A stretch of DNA of 64,000 bases from Vicugna vicugna (lineage: Eukaryota), in assembly GCA_013265495.1 (NCBI GenBank), contig MU058836.1:744001-808000 (forward strand), in the 5' to 3' direction. The notes under the pieces are model-generated. The model did no database searches and was not told the origin of the DNA. It was given only the letters and a program-made list of their open reading frames with translations. Shown piece by piece: positions 52,190-63,953 of the stretch. Position 1 is the first letter of the stretch. Every line of letters starts with the position of its first letter. The position numbers were made by a program, and so were the translations under genes.

Positions 52190-53150
52190 AGACAAATGCA
52201 AATCAAAACCACCATGTGATACCACTTCATGTCCACTAGGATGGCTCTTACAAAAAAAAAAAAAAAAACAAAAACAAAAAGAAAAACAAAAAAAACACCC
52301 AAAAAAAAAAAAGGNNNNNNNNNNNNNNNNNNNNNNNNNNNNNNNNNNNNNNNNNNNNNNNNNNNNNNNNNNNNNNNNNNNNNNNNNNNNNNNNNNNNNN
52401 NNNNNNNNNNNNCCACTGGGATGCTCTAAAAAAAAAAAAAAAAAAAGCAACAACTGAAAGAAAAACAAACAAATCACCCAGAAACTAACAAGCATTGACA
52501 AGGATGTGGAGCAACTGGAACCCCTGTGCACTGCTGGTGGGAGTGTAAAATGGTGCAGCTGCCGTGGAAAACAGTATGGCAGCTCCTCAAAATTAAACAT
52601 AAAGTTGCCATATGACCCAGCAATTCCACTTCTGGGAATACACCTCAAAGAATTGAAAGCAGACACTTGAGCAGATATTTGTACACCAGTGTTCCTAACA
52701 GTAGAGAAAAGGTGAGAGCAACAAAAATGTTCATGGTCAGATGAATGGATCAACACAATGTGGTGTATCCCTGCAATGCAATGTTATTCAGCCTTAAGAA
52801 GGAATGAAAGTCTGACACATGCTGCAACATGAAAGAACCTGGGAGACATCATGCTAAATGAAACATGCAAGACAAATATTGTACGACTCCGCTTATATGA
52901 GATACCTCAGAGAATCAAATTTATAGAGACACAAAGGAGAATAGTGAGTACCAAGGACTACAGGGAGGAAGGGGGAGTTACTGTTTAATACAGAGTGGGA
53001 AGTTGGGAAGATGAAAAAGTTTTGGCGATAGATACATGTGATAGTTGCACAGCGATGTGGATTACTTAACGTCACTGGACTGTGCAGTTAAAACTGGTTA
53101 AATGGTAAATTTTATGTGAAATGTATTGTATTACAATTTTTTAAAAAATG
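52190..53150 (+). mobile_element. L1 (L1MB-like) 3' end spanning the assembly gap
   Basis: aaatgcaaatcaaaaccac...gacaaggatgtggagcaactggaaccc...tatgacccagcaattccacttctggg...aaatggtaaattttatgt...acaatttttta. Confidence 0.92.
52315..52412. other. Assembly gap (98 N)
   Basis: Run of N read directly. Confidence 0.99.
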
Positions 53151-54099
53151 AGAAAAGGAAAAGGGTCACACCCAGTGCAGAGAAGGCCACCGTGGTAAAG
53201 TGATGTGGCAGAGGGAACCAGAATCACCCCAGAAAGTCCTGGCTTTCATCAGCTGCTGTTCAGGCTCCAGCCTCCTTTTAATGAATGGGGTCCTATGAAC
53301 AACGTTTTACAGCAAGTATTAAAGCTCGTTCCATGCCACCCTGGACCAAAGATCATTATAAGTTCAGAGAGAGGAAAAGCTTGGGATATCTCTGGTCAGG
53401 CTGAGTGCAGGTCTTTTTGGTTCTTGCTTTGGCTGCTGTCAGGAGAGTGGGAATTCACATTCAACTTGACAGGGGTATACTGTGCTCATTTTCCCTTAAA
53501 AGGTCATGCTTTCCTTCTTTCCCTCTTTTTTTTTTCTATCCTTAGGGGATAGCCATATGTTAAATCCACGTGCCCGGGTTAATGCAAAGATAGGACTGCA
53601 TATGGCGGCATGACCACTGCACGGGGGTGGATAAAGCCAGCTGAGAGGGAGGGACGTGAGAACCAAGCCTTAGGGTGGCTTTGACAGATGGCTCTGTGAG
53701 GTGGGGGGCTTGTGAGCTGAGGCAGCTGGGCGACTAAGAGGGGGAGGGTGTGCATGCTGAAGTGGTGGGGAGGTGGTGGTGTATGTTTGTAAGAGCTTTA
53801 ATCCAGAAGTTCTCACACCAGCCCTGGGAGGTAGGCATGACTGTAACTCTCTCCGTAAGTCAGATAAAAAAGTGAGGCTTAGAGCGAGGAAGGAATTCAT
53901 CCAAATTGCTACAATGGAGTTGGGACCAGAACCATGCTTTCATGGCCCAGGTCCAAGGTACTGTTCTCAGGTACTATAAAAATTGAGGGTCCCAAGCATC
54001 TTACTGGTCCTCTCTGACACACTTCATTGTAAAATTGCAAATACAGATATTCTGACCTAAGCCATGATTATCATTGATACGAAGAGTATAGTATCATTC

Positions 54100-54697
54100 T
54101 GAGATGGTCCCTCTGGTATTATGCCCAGTATAATTCCAGTCCTTGAGTTGGGTAGGACCTGTGATCTGCTTCCAACCAATAGAATATGGTAAATGTGATG
54201 AGATAGCATTCCTGTGAATTACATTATGTTATACAGCAAAGGCGGTGAGATTTTTGCACGTGTAATTAAGGTCCCTACTCAGGTGACTTTGAGTGGAGCA
54301 AAAAGAAGAATGTCCTGGGTGGACCTGACCCAAACACTCCAAGCAGAAAAGCCTTTTTTCTCTCTCCCTCTCTCTCTTTCTCTCCCCACCCCATGCCCCC
54401 AGCTCTTTCTCCATTACTGGGTTTGAAGAAGCAGGCTGCTATGAATTACACATTTGCAAGGAAATGGATTCTGCTAACAACCTGAGAGATCTTAGAAGCA
54501 GATCTTCCCTTAGTCTAGTCTTCAGATAAGAACACAGCTCATCCAACACCTTAATTTTAGCCTGTGAGACCCTGAAAAGAAGACCCAGTTAAGTCATGCC
54601 TGGACTCCTGACTGGGGGAAACTGTGAAATAATATGGGTGTTGGTTTAAGCTGCAGCATTTGTAATCATTTGTTATGCAGCAATGGAAAAAGAAAAA
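54100..54697 (+). mobile_element. MaLR solo LTR (MLT1E-like)
   Basis: gtaattaaggtccct...gcaaggaaatggattctgctaacaacctga...acaccttaattttagcctgtgagaccctga...tttgttatgcagcaatggaaaa. Confidence 0.88.
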
Positions 54698-55284
54698 TAG
54701 ATAGATACATTGTATCTGTCCAAAAAAAAAAAAAAACTAGAGAGAAAAACAGTATTCTCAGGGATGACCAGATGAACATAATCTCTGAAGGTGTCATAAC
54801 CCACCCACCCAACTATTTCCTTATCCTCTTAAGTTCCCCTTAAATTTATATGATATATCTATGGAGTCCACAAAGTGCTTTGGCACATAGGATTTCTTTC
54901 AGTCCTTACAACAGGCCTGCAATAGGTATATTTAAAATATACCCACTTCACAGATGAGGAAACTGAGATTCAGGCACAGAGAGTAGTTCCTTCAAGCATC
55001 TTCATTAATCACTTTCTCTCTACCAGGAACTGTTCTAGGTACTGATGATATATCAATTAAAAGAACAAACAAAAGGATTTTATATGTAGTGGTGTTTAGA
55101 ACAATAATTTAGTGATGAATCTAGAGATTAAAAGACCTGTCCAGGGTCTGGGTTAGCAAGGGGATGAGTGAAAATTAGAACCTAGTCTGTCTAGCTTCAA
55201 AGCCTATGCTTTTTGAATTATAAAAAGATTTCTTTTTGATTCACTGCTGTGGCATAAAATTTTTTTTATTGTATATACACACAC

Positions 55285-55805
55285 ATATTTTCCCCCATTC
55301 AATACTATGCTATTTGGAAGGAAGTCACTATGCACAGCCATCACTTAAGGAATGGGGAGTTTTGTGGAGTGAAGTATCTACGAAATTTATTTGGAATTCT
55401 TCTACACAGATATTTCTCTCTTCTCTTCCATTTATTTGTTTATTTATTTATTCAATCATTTATTTATATCAGTATGGACCCACAGACATTTATTTTACAC
55501 TTAGGTTTATAATCCACTGCTACTTAATTTTTTGCTCAAATTGCTGGTGCTTTGGCCCTTGGGAGCTCTCTTTCAGTTGGCTACTCCTGTGTCCTTTTGA
55601 CAAACCCCTGTGAAAGCTATTGTTGTGTTGTTTGAGCTCTTCCTCACCTTCTGGCACTATAAGATACTGCAGGCTTATCTTGTACATCCTTGCCCCAGTC
55701 CTATAACCATCCATTTCTTCAAAGAACTCTGATTCCTTTGATTGGAGAATGGCATTCAAAGCCAAGATCTGGGCCCTTGGTGTGCTAATTGCTACCAGGG
55801 CTCTT
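55285..55805 (-). mobile_element. Old L1 (L1MC/MD-like) 3' region, antisense
   Basis: tttggaaggaagtcactatgcacagcc...ttctggcactataagatactgcaggc...ttggagaatggcattcaaagccaagatctggg. Confidence 0.8.
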
Positions 55806-56319
55806 TTACTTTGTATTTTCAGGTTGAATATATTGGACCCAGGTTCAATAATCATAGTTGAGTCTGACATATTTTGTGTACAAGTTAATGCTAAAAGCTT
55901 AAAAATCAAACTTAAGGAATGAGTTTGGACCCCTGCCTCACACCGTATACAAAAAATTAACCCAAATCCTAAATGTATGAGGTAAAATTATAAAATACGT
56001 AGAAGAAAGCATAGGCATAAATCTTTGAGACTTTTATGGTATGTGAATTAATCTCATTATAAAATAAAATTATAAATAAAGAAATAAAATTATAAAATAC
56101 GTATAAAATACATAGGCATAAATCTTTGAGACTTTTATGGTATGTGAATTAATCTCATTATAAAATAAAATTATAAATATATATTTTTAAGAATAAGCAG
56201 CATTTATGTTACATATAGTGATTATATAAATATTACCAAATGCTGAGCTAGTGATCACCTGGGTCACATTCCCTGTGTTTTCTAGTTTTTAAAAATTTTC
56301 CTGTGGCCCCTGGTTGCCC

Positions 56320-57350
56320 TTTCAATGTAATTGATTAATTTTATAAAAGGTAACAATTGTACATGGAATAAAATATTTAAAGCACAAAAGGTCTATAATG
56401 AAAGATGACCTCCCTAATATCTGCATGGCACCTATGCTGGTCTCCCCTCTGTATCCTTCTCCTCTTGCTTTTTAAACTTTTTTTAATCATGAAGATAATT
56501 TTAGACCAGCACATTTAAACTTCCCTGTTTTTTTTTAACAGCTACATTTTATTCTGGTGTACAAATCACCATAATCTCTTTACCGAGTTCCCTGTACAGA
56601 GATTTGTTGTTTCCAGTCTTTACCTGATATAAGCTATGCTATCATGATGACCCATGAACATAATTGTTTCATACATGTTTGAGTATATCTCTGGGGTAAA
56701 TTACTACAAGTGGAACTTTTAGGTTAAAGGACGTATGCATTTTTAATTTTGACAGATGTTGTCAAAGGACCCTCCATGGAGACTAGAGCAATTTATACTC
56801 CCTACAACAATCCATAAGAGTGCCTTTCCCCTACAACATTGCCAACAGGGATTTATTGAACAATTTAGTCCTTATGAATCTCGAAGTGTCTCACTGTGGT
56901 TTAATTAGCATTTCTCTTATGGGTGAGGGTAAGGAGCCTTTTATATATTTCTAAGCACATTTTCCTTTTCTGTGCATTGTCCAAGTTCTTCGTCTAGTTT
57001 TCTATAAGAGTGCTGGTCTATTTCTTATTAAATTTTAGGAACTCTTACATTATGTATATGACCAAAATTAGCTTTTTATTGGTTTATATGTTCAAATAAT
57101 TTTTCCAATTTCCAGCTGTTTCCAATAAAACTATTTTTAATTGTTTTAAATTTGTTATGTTATTTTTGGCCAAGCAGAGGGAAAGAAATTAGTTTTCATA
57201 CAATTGAATCTACCAAGCTCTTTTTTTAAAAAATGACTTTTGGTTTTGTGAACATGTACCTTTCCAACTCGAAGATTTACCCAAAAAATTATCTTATATT
57301 TAATTCTAGAACATTTGCAGGTTGTTTTTCTCTGTTTAACTTTTAAACTA
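56320..57350 (-). mobile_element. Ancient L1ME-like fragments, antisense
   Basis: ttgtttccagtcttt...taaattactacaagtggaac...ttttaattttgacagatgttg...tctcactgtggtttaattagcatttc. Confidence 0.7.
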
Positions 57351-60300
57351 ATCATTTCTTACACTCTTTGCAAGAAATAAAACACCATATTTTTCCAACC
57401 TCTATGTAATCAGGTGTTCCTTCAAGTGTGTCCAGAAACTCCTCTTTTGGGATTTCTTGTTCTCTTGCTCTGGTGTAGTCCTGCCTCCCCAGGCCTCTTG
57501 TTACTTCCTCCGCCGCTTTCCTAGGTTGACGGCACTGTTGGTGGATCCCTTGTCTTTTTGTTTGTTGGTTGGCTGATTGGATTTCTCCTTCATTTTGCTA
57601 TTGCATTTCCTTTTTGTTCCCCCCGTCCCTCTGGCAGAACTTGGACACTTGCAAGCTTTGTGATTTGAAGCTAGTTATGTGACCTCTCTGACCCTCAGCT
57701 TCCACGTCTGGGAGGACAACACCTCCCCTACAGGGAGAACTGAGATGAAGGAATGGCGAGTGCTTCGCACAGCGGCTGCCATGTTGCAGGAGATCAAATG
57801 TGGTGGCCAGTCCAGAGCTAGACACTGAAGGGGACTGACACAGCACTCGGCACCCATCCTCTCTTTCTTCTCTCCTCCCCCAATGCATGCCCAGGACTTT
57901 GACTCTTTCCATCTCTCACCCTCAAAGAAGGGTTATATAGACATTCACACCAAAGCATTCAGGGTGTCTCCAGGAATCAGAATAGTATGTGAATTTTTTA
58001 AAAAGTGTTTATCATGGAAAATCTCAAACACGTAGAAAAGGAGAAAGAGTAATGTCATAAACCTCCGTGGACCCAGCTACAGCATGTATCAGTTCATAGG
58101 CAAATTCATTTTATCTGTACCTTCATGTACTCCCCAGGCCCCACTCCCCGTACATATAGGATCATTTTGAACCAAATCTCAAGTGATTTCATTTATAAAT
58201 GTTTCAGTAGGTATCTCCAAAAGATAAGAATTAAACACACATGCAAATAAAATTCCATAATTGCACCTAAAAAGTTAACAATAATTTCTTAGTACCATCC
58301 ACTCTTTACGTTTCTTGAGTGCATTCTTATTTTTCTTGAAATAGTTGGCTTGTCCCAACCAAACTGCAACCAAAATCCATGTATTCCCAAGAATTTGCAG
58401 CTTGATGGGAACAGACCAGCTATTTAAACTTGGACTCCATCTATCCAAGGCATAGCACTTGGTTGCTATGTCTTATCTGGGTTTTTCAGTCTAAAACCTC
58501 CTTCTCTGTCTTTTTTGTTTTCTTCCCCTTGCAGTTTGCTTGTTGTTGTTTCTCCCTGGCAAGTATATTGTCCTGGTGTCTAGCTGGCAGCATTGTGGAG
58601 TTTGCTGATTGCAACCCCGGGGTGTCACTGAACTCGGAGACCGGTTCTTTGGTGCCTTTGTTCCAGCAGAGACATCCAGTGCTCAGGGAGGAGAGGGCAG
58701 TTGGCCTGAGGAAAGGGCAGTACTGTTGCCTTTTCCATCCCTTGTTACATCAGCGCCCTGGCCAGGCTTGCCGCTAAAGTGGTCTGGCCCTCGGCAGTGT
58801 GTGAGACTCCTGAGTGGTTGGTGAGCTGGTGGAATAGGGGGAAGAAAGTTTTAGATCAACTTGAGGAAGAAGCTTCTTGTAGCTGCTGAGTGGAATTTGA
58901 ATAAGGACAATTAATAGTATCAGGTGTCAAAATGACTTCCCAGTTTATGTAAGTCACCTTATTTAACCCCATGTGAGTCCATGGTCTAGGTGTTATGAGA
59001 CTATTTTACAGATGAAAAGACAAACTTGGAGAAGGAAAACAACATGGCCAAGATCACAGACTAAATGGTGGAGCCAGATATTTCCTGCCTTCTGAAAGCA
59101 TCCAGCAGAGCCTAAACTGCCAGTTGACAGGGGTGTCCAGGAAGAAATTCAGACACCAGATGGCAGATCTCCTTTCCTATACTCCAGTGCTGGAACTTTC
59201 CATACATCCATCCACCCACCCACCCACCTATCTGTTATCCATTGGTCCCTCCATCACCCCTTTCCTTGGCCACCCACCAGCCAGAGGATACAATGACTTA
59301 GGCGCTGAGCCAAGAGCTAGGGACACAGGGATGAATCAGACCCGGTTTTGTCCTCAGTGTGGTTAGGACCAATGTAGATACAAGCAGGGAGGCAAATGAT
59401 GCTGATAGTGGGCCTTCCTGCCATGTTTTTCTCTTCACAAACATGAGCAAAAAGGAGCTCACAGCAGGGGTTCCTTACTGGGTATTAGAAAGAGGAAATG
59501 GCTCCTGTGATGTCTATTGAGGGATTCATAGGAATCAGCCAGGCGAGGTGGAGAGGGTGAGGGGGAGGGAAAACAGGGCATTCGGAGCAGGAGAGCTGCA
59601 GGTGCAAAGGCCTGGAGTCCAGGGAAACTGAGCCTGTGGGAGGAACAGCAAGTGTTTCAGAATGGCTAAAGCAGAGGGTGTGAAGGCCAGGGATGGCTTT
59701 AGACCTTGGAGGCCCCGGGCACTATTTTCCAAGGCCCCACCCTCACACCATATCATGCATTTAAAAATTCACCCACCTTGCATATTAAATATGAGTTATA
59801 TATAGCCATGAAGCCAGCTGCAAAGACAGCTGACATAAGGTTACATTTTGTAGACATGTAATGACACATGTATTAAAACTGGCAGCCTTCTTGTTTTATT
59901 ATTTTTGGAGACTCTACATATAGTTAGAAAGAGAGGTTCTGGAAGTAAATCTTTCTGTAGCTACATCTGCAATACCTATTCAATAAATTAGTCCTGGAGG
60001 GTGGATGGCGGTGGCAAATGAGCCTGGAGCTGCCCGTGAGCTGCCGTCTGAGTGAGCCTTGGGTGTCCTGCGGGGAGCTTCGTCCAGGGAAGCCTTGAAG
60101 CATTTTAAGTGGGGGCTGCGGTGGGCAGCCTAGGACAGGCGTTAGTGTCCTAGTGAGAAGCCTGGAGACAGGGAGCCCAGAGGAGACGCTCATGCAGGGC
60201 CTGAGATGCACGATTAGAAAGACCAGTCCACCTCTGCCCCAGCTGGCATACGTGTGCAGACTCAGTGCTTTTCTCTGGTTTCTCTAGCCCTCGCCTGGGT

Positions 60301-62097
60301 CCAATCCCTGGGGCCCGGGATTCAAGACCGAGCTCCTGATGGCAGAGGAAAGGAAGGCCGACTTCCTCCAGAGGGCGTCACAGGACCGCTTTTCAGGGGT
60401 AGGGGCCGGGGCGGGAGCGGCTGTGCAGACACTGGGGTTGACAATAGCAGTTTGGCTGGGCTGGAGGCCAGCACCCAGGGAGGTCCCTGGGAGGAGCAGG
60501 TCCGGCCAGGAGAGGAGGGGCTCTGCCGTCCAGAACCGGGCTGAGACTCAAGCTTGACAGAAGCAAAGACCCCAGTTCATCTAGAGCCCGGCTGCTTCCA
60601 GCACCCGCGTGAAAGTCACAGATGAACGAACCAGACGCCTCGTCTTACCTAAGAGGAAACAGAGACCCGGGAGTGGTGGAGCTCCCCCAGGGCTCCAGAA
60701 TGTTCCAAAGGCAGGCCAGCCCCAGAGGCCGGCTCTGACCTGGCACCAGCAGTCCCTTAATTGTGTGGCCCAGTACAGTGGTCAGAGACATTGCAAACAA
60801 TTATAATGAATACTGAGCACTTGATGCACACCAGACACTTGTCAAGCACTTTATATGTGTGATCTCCTTTCCTCCTCCTTCCCTGCTCCGGAAGCAGGGC
60901 AGCCTCACCCCCATTTCACCCCTCCAAAATAACAGAGACCCTGGAGGTGAAGGCCATGCCTCACCTGAAGTCACAGCTATGCTTAACAGAGCCAGGGACC
61001 CCACAAAGGTCTCTGTGACTCAGCCCCAGTGCTCAGTTTTAAATTTGAGAGGAAAACAGTGATGCCACCTTGCTACTTTCTAAGAATATGTCATTGTGTT
61101 TCATGAAGCGACTTCCTAGAGCTGGGAAATCGATTCACGGACTATTCATATTTTCAATAAGGATGTTTTAGTTAGTTGACCCTTAGCCAGAAAGTTAAAT
61201 TAACCAAGACACCTCTTGCCCCAAGCACTCTGGCTAGTTGGTTATGGAGACTTTGCAGTGCCAGCAAAGAGGCTTTGGAGTGCAGAACATGGGGAACCGC
61301 CCTCAGCAGGGGCCTGAATCCAAACACCCATATCCCCATATTGGGGCAGGAAGGACCCTTAGAGCTCAGCATTTTGGGGGCACTGGGGCTCTGAGAGAGA
61401 CAGTGACCCATCCAGGGTCACAGAACTGATAAGCAGTTCTAGTACTCCTTGTATCAAAAGCCTGAACTCTTAACCTTGAAGTACAATTGGCAACCAACAA
61501 AGGAAAGCGCTGTTACAGTAATGCAAATTCACATTTGCCTTTCCATTTCCCAGGACAAGCAAGCAGAAAAGGCAAAACAAAGGCGCCATGAGAATGTCCA
61601 TTTAAGGCACACAGACTAGAATTTTGGCTTTGGCCATCCTGAAGGCAAACAAAGGCACCTGCAAGCTATCCCCCTTGGAGGAACTTCTCAACATTCATCC
61701 AGCAAATATTTACTGTGGGCACCGAGGAGACCACAGTGACCAGGATGTTCAAGGTCTCAGCTCTCAAGGAGCTTATGTTCTGAGGATGAAGAGAGACTGG
61801 GGTTTGGGGGTGGGGGAGGGGGCAGGCAGAGCGAGGGCAGTCAGGAGAAGAGTAAATACGATATGAAAAGGGTGTTAAGTGCTATGAAGACAATAAAACT
61901 GGATAAAATTATGAAAGGAGGATGGTGGGGCACTGTTTAGCAGTTAGGCTGGAGAACTTTGGATTGAGATCTGAATAAGGAGAAAGAAGAATCTCATGCT
62001 GAAAGAAAAGCATTCTAGTCAGCGAGAAGCGCAAGTACAAAGGCCCTGAGGCAGGAAAGAAGCTTGGTTTGTTGGGCTAGCAGTAGAAATACAGGAT

Positions 62098-62312
62098 GAG
62101 CCATGTGTGTAATTTTAAATTTTCTAGTAGCCACATTTTTTTAAGTGAAAAAAAAGCAGGTATAATTATTTTTAATATATTTTATTTAATTCAATATACA
62201 AACATTTTTATTAATAAAATACATCTTTTCATACTAATTCTTTGAAATCTGATGGGGATTGGGAGTATACTTTGAGTACTCAGTAGCTACAGGCTCCTCA
62301 TGGCTAGTACTG
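62098..62312. mobile_element. MER33-like hAT-Charlie MITE
   Basis: gagccatgtgtgtaattttaaattttctagtagccacattt...aattatttttaatatattttatttaa...tactcagtagctaca. Confidence 0.75.
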
Positions 62313-62459
62313 GGCAGGCCAGTGGTGGGTGAAAAGTGTCTTGGGAGAGCTTTAAATCAGGGGTCACATGGATGGATTCTAATGATTCTGCATATGTCAG
62401 GACTAACCCCTGGAATCCCTGCAAAAGCCCCCACTTAGGCCTTTTGGAGCAGCTGTCCC

Positions 62460-63200
62460 CAGGCCCGGGATGGCGCACACAGGAGGGGAAAGCCCCCAGC
62501 CTTCCTCCCCCCGGGGAGCCTTCTTCCCTCCGTGGAGTCTAGCTCTGGGGAAGCCAACGCCTGCACACGTGGGAAAGCAGCGTGGCTGGCCCTGGGCCTG
62601 GAGCCATCTCCCGGGCCCAGTGTGCCAGGCCTCCTTCCAGACGCCGGTGTCCGCCCAAGTGAAGTAGGGCCTCTCCGCCAGCCGCCTGGCCACGCCCCTT
62701 GGACTCGTTTTGGTTTTCGGGTGCAGACAGGTCTACATTCCTCTGAAGAGGCCAGCTCGGCATCATCAAAGCTGGTGAAATCAACAATAACAGTAACCCA
62801 GGGCCCCGACCTGCAGTTCCTGCGAGCGCCACGAGGGGCGCCAGCAGCCGAGGCGCCTGCTGGCTGCTACCCAGCCCCTGGCAGCCTCTCCTCCCCCACT
62901 TCTGTGCCCACCCCAGGCTGGCCGGCCCCGCCGAGGCCTCCCCTCCCGCAAACACGATGTTCCCTCCAGCAGCCTCACCCCGAACCTAGCGGCAATCTGT
63001 CGCCAGCGGTTGCCTAGGTTCCTTCATTTTCTAGGCCTTGGGCCCCCGCCAAAATGGCGGCGAGGGTGCCAGCTGTGCGGCGGCCAGAAAGGCAGGAGGG
63101 AGAGGAGCTGTGCCTCGGGAGGCCCTGGTGCCTGGTGTGGGGATAGGCGGAGACGAGCAGCGGCGAATCCAAAGTCTGTGCGTCCCGACCTGGAGCCAGG
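62460..63200. promoter_or_regulatory. CpG-rich, GC-rich island-like element (candidate promoter/enhancer)
   Basis: CpG density visibly far above the rest of the window; YY1 motif CAAAATGGCGGC 63050-63061, KLF/SP motif GGCCACGCCC 62688-62697, E-box/RBPJ CACGTGGGAA 62566-62575. Confidence 0.6.
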
Positions 63201-63953
63201 AACAAAAAAGATTCCACTGTTCGGATGTTTTCACCCCTAAGGCTGAATAACAGCAGAGGCCTGACTACCCACGTGGTGTCTGTGGCCAGAATAGGACCCA
63301 CATAATAATGGCTTAGATCAGGGGAGAGTTTTTCCCACTCCGTGGGGCAATAGCGTCATAAGGGCAACAATAGCACTCTACAAGCTGACATTGGAGCGCC
63401 GTGGAGGCCTTGCCTCTGCCCTCACCACCTTTCTGTGTGCTCCGGTGGCATCTCCCGAGTACGGTGTGGTCACACCCTGACTCCCGGGAGGTGCTGGACT
63501 CCAGAGGGACGGAGAATTGGCTGATCCTTAGAAGACTAAGAGATTAGCCCAGCTGGTCCATCACCTCTTGGTTCCCCCTCCCTCAACCATTTGTCAGCTA
63601 GAGAGGGCTGTTTGGGGTGGATTTTCTAGTAGGGGAATGGTCATGTTTATCTTTCTAGAAAAACCTGGTTGCATATGGCCATGAAAGCACCCAACTTCAG
63701 GAGTAGCTTACCTCAAAAGGCCCTGAACAATGGCACAGGCCAGCCGGAGGGTGTCCAAGTTGACGTTTCCAAGCTGGAGGATGAGATCAAAGGACTGCTT
63801 TTCTGGAGAGAGTCCAGTTGGGAGGATGTGAAGAAAGCAAGTCTTGGTCTGGGAAGAGCACATTGAGAAGGTGGATGGTGAACAGGAAAGTCAAAGATGA
63901 CAGTTTGGAAGGAGCCTGAGGAAAATGCAGGATTTGGAAAGAGGAAAAAAGCA

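Noticed and set aside
54666..54682. SOX-OCT composite-like catttgttatgcagc
   Set aside because: This is the ordinary 3' end of an MLT1 LTR and the octamer half is broken.
62826..62843. CTCF-like sequence gcgccacgaggggcgcc
   Set aside because: One base short of the CCASYAGRKGGCR spacing, which misaligns the critical GGC; not called without a PWM score or ChIP data.
62532..63301. Overlapping Pro/Gly/Arg-rich ORFs in the CpG-rich region
   Set aside because: Expected from stop-codon scarcity at high GC; no homology or exon structure recognised.
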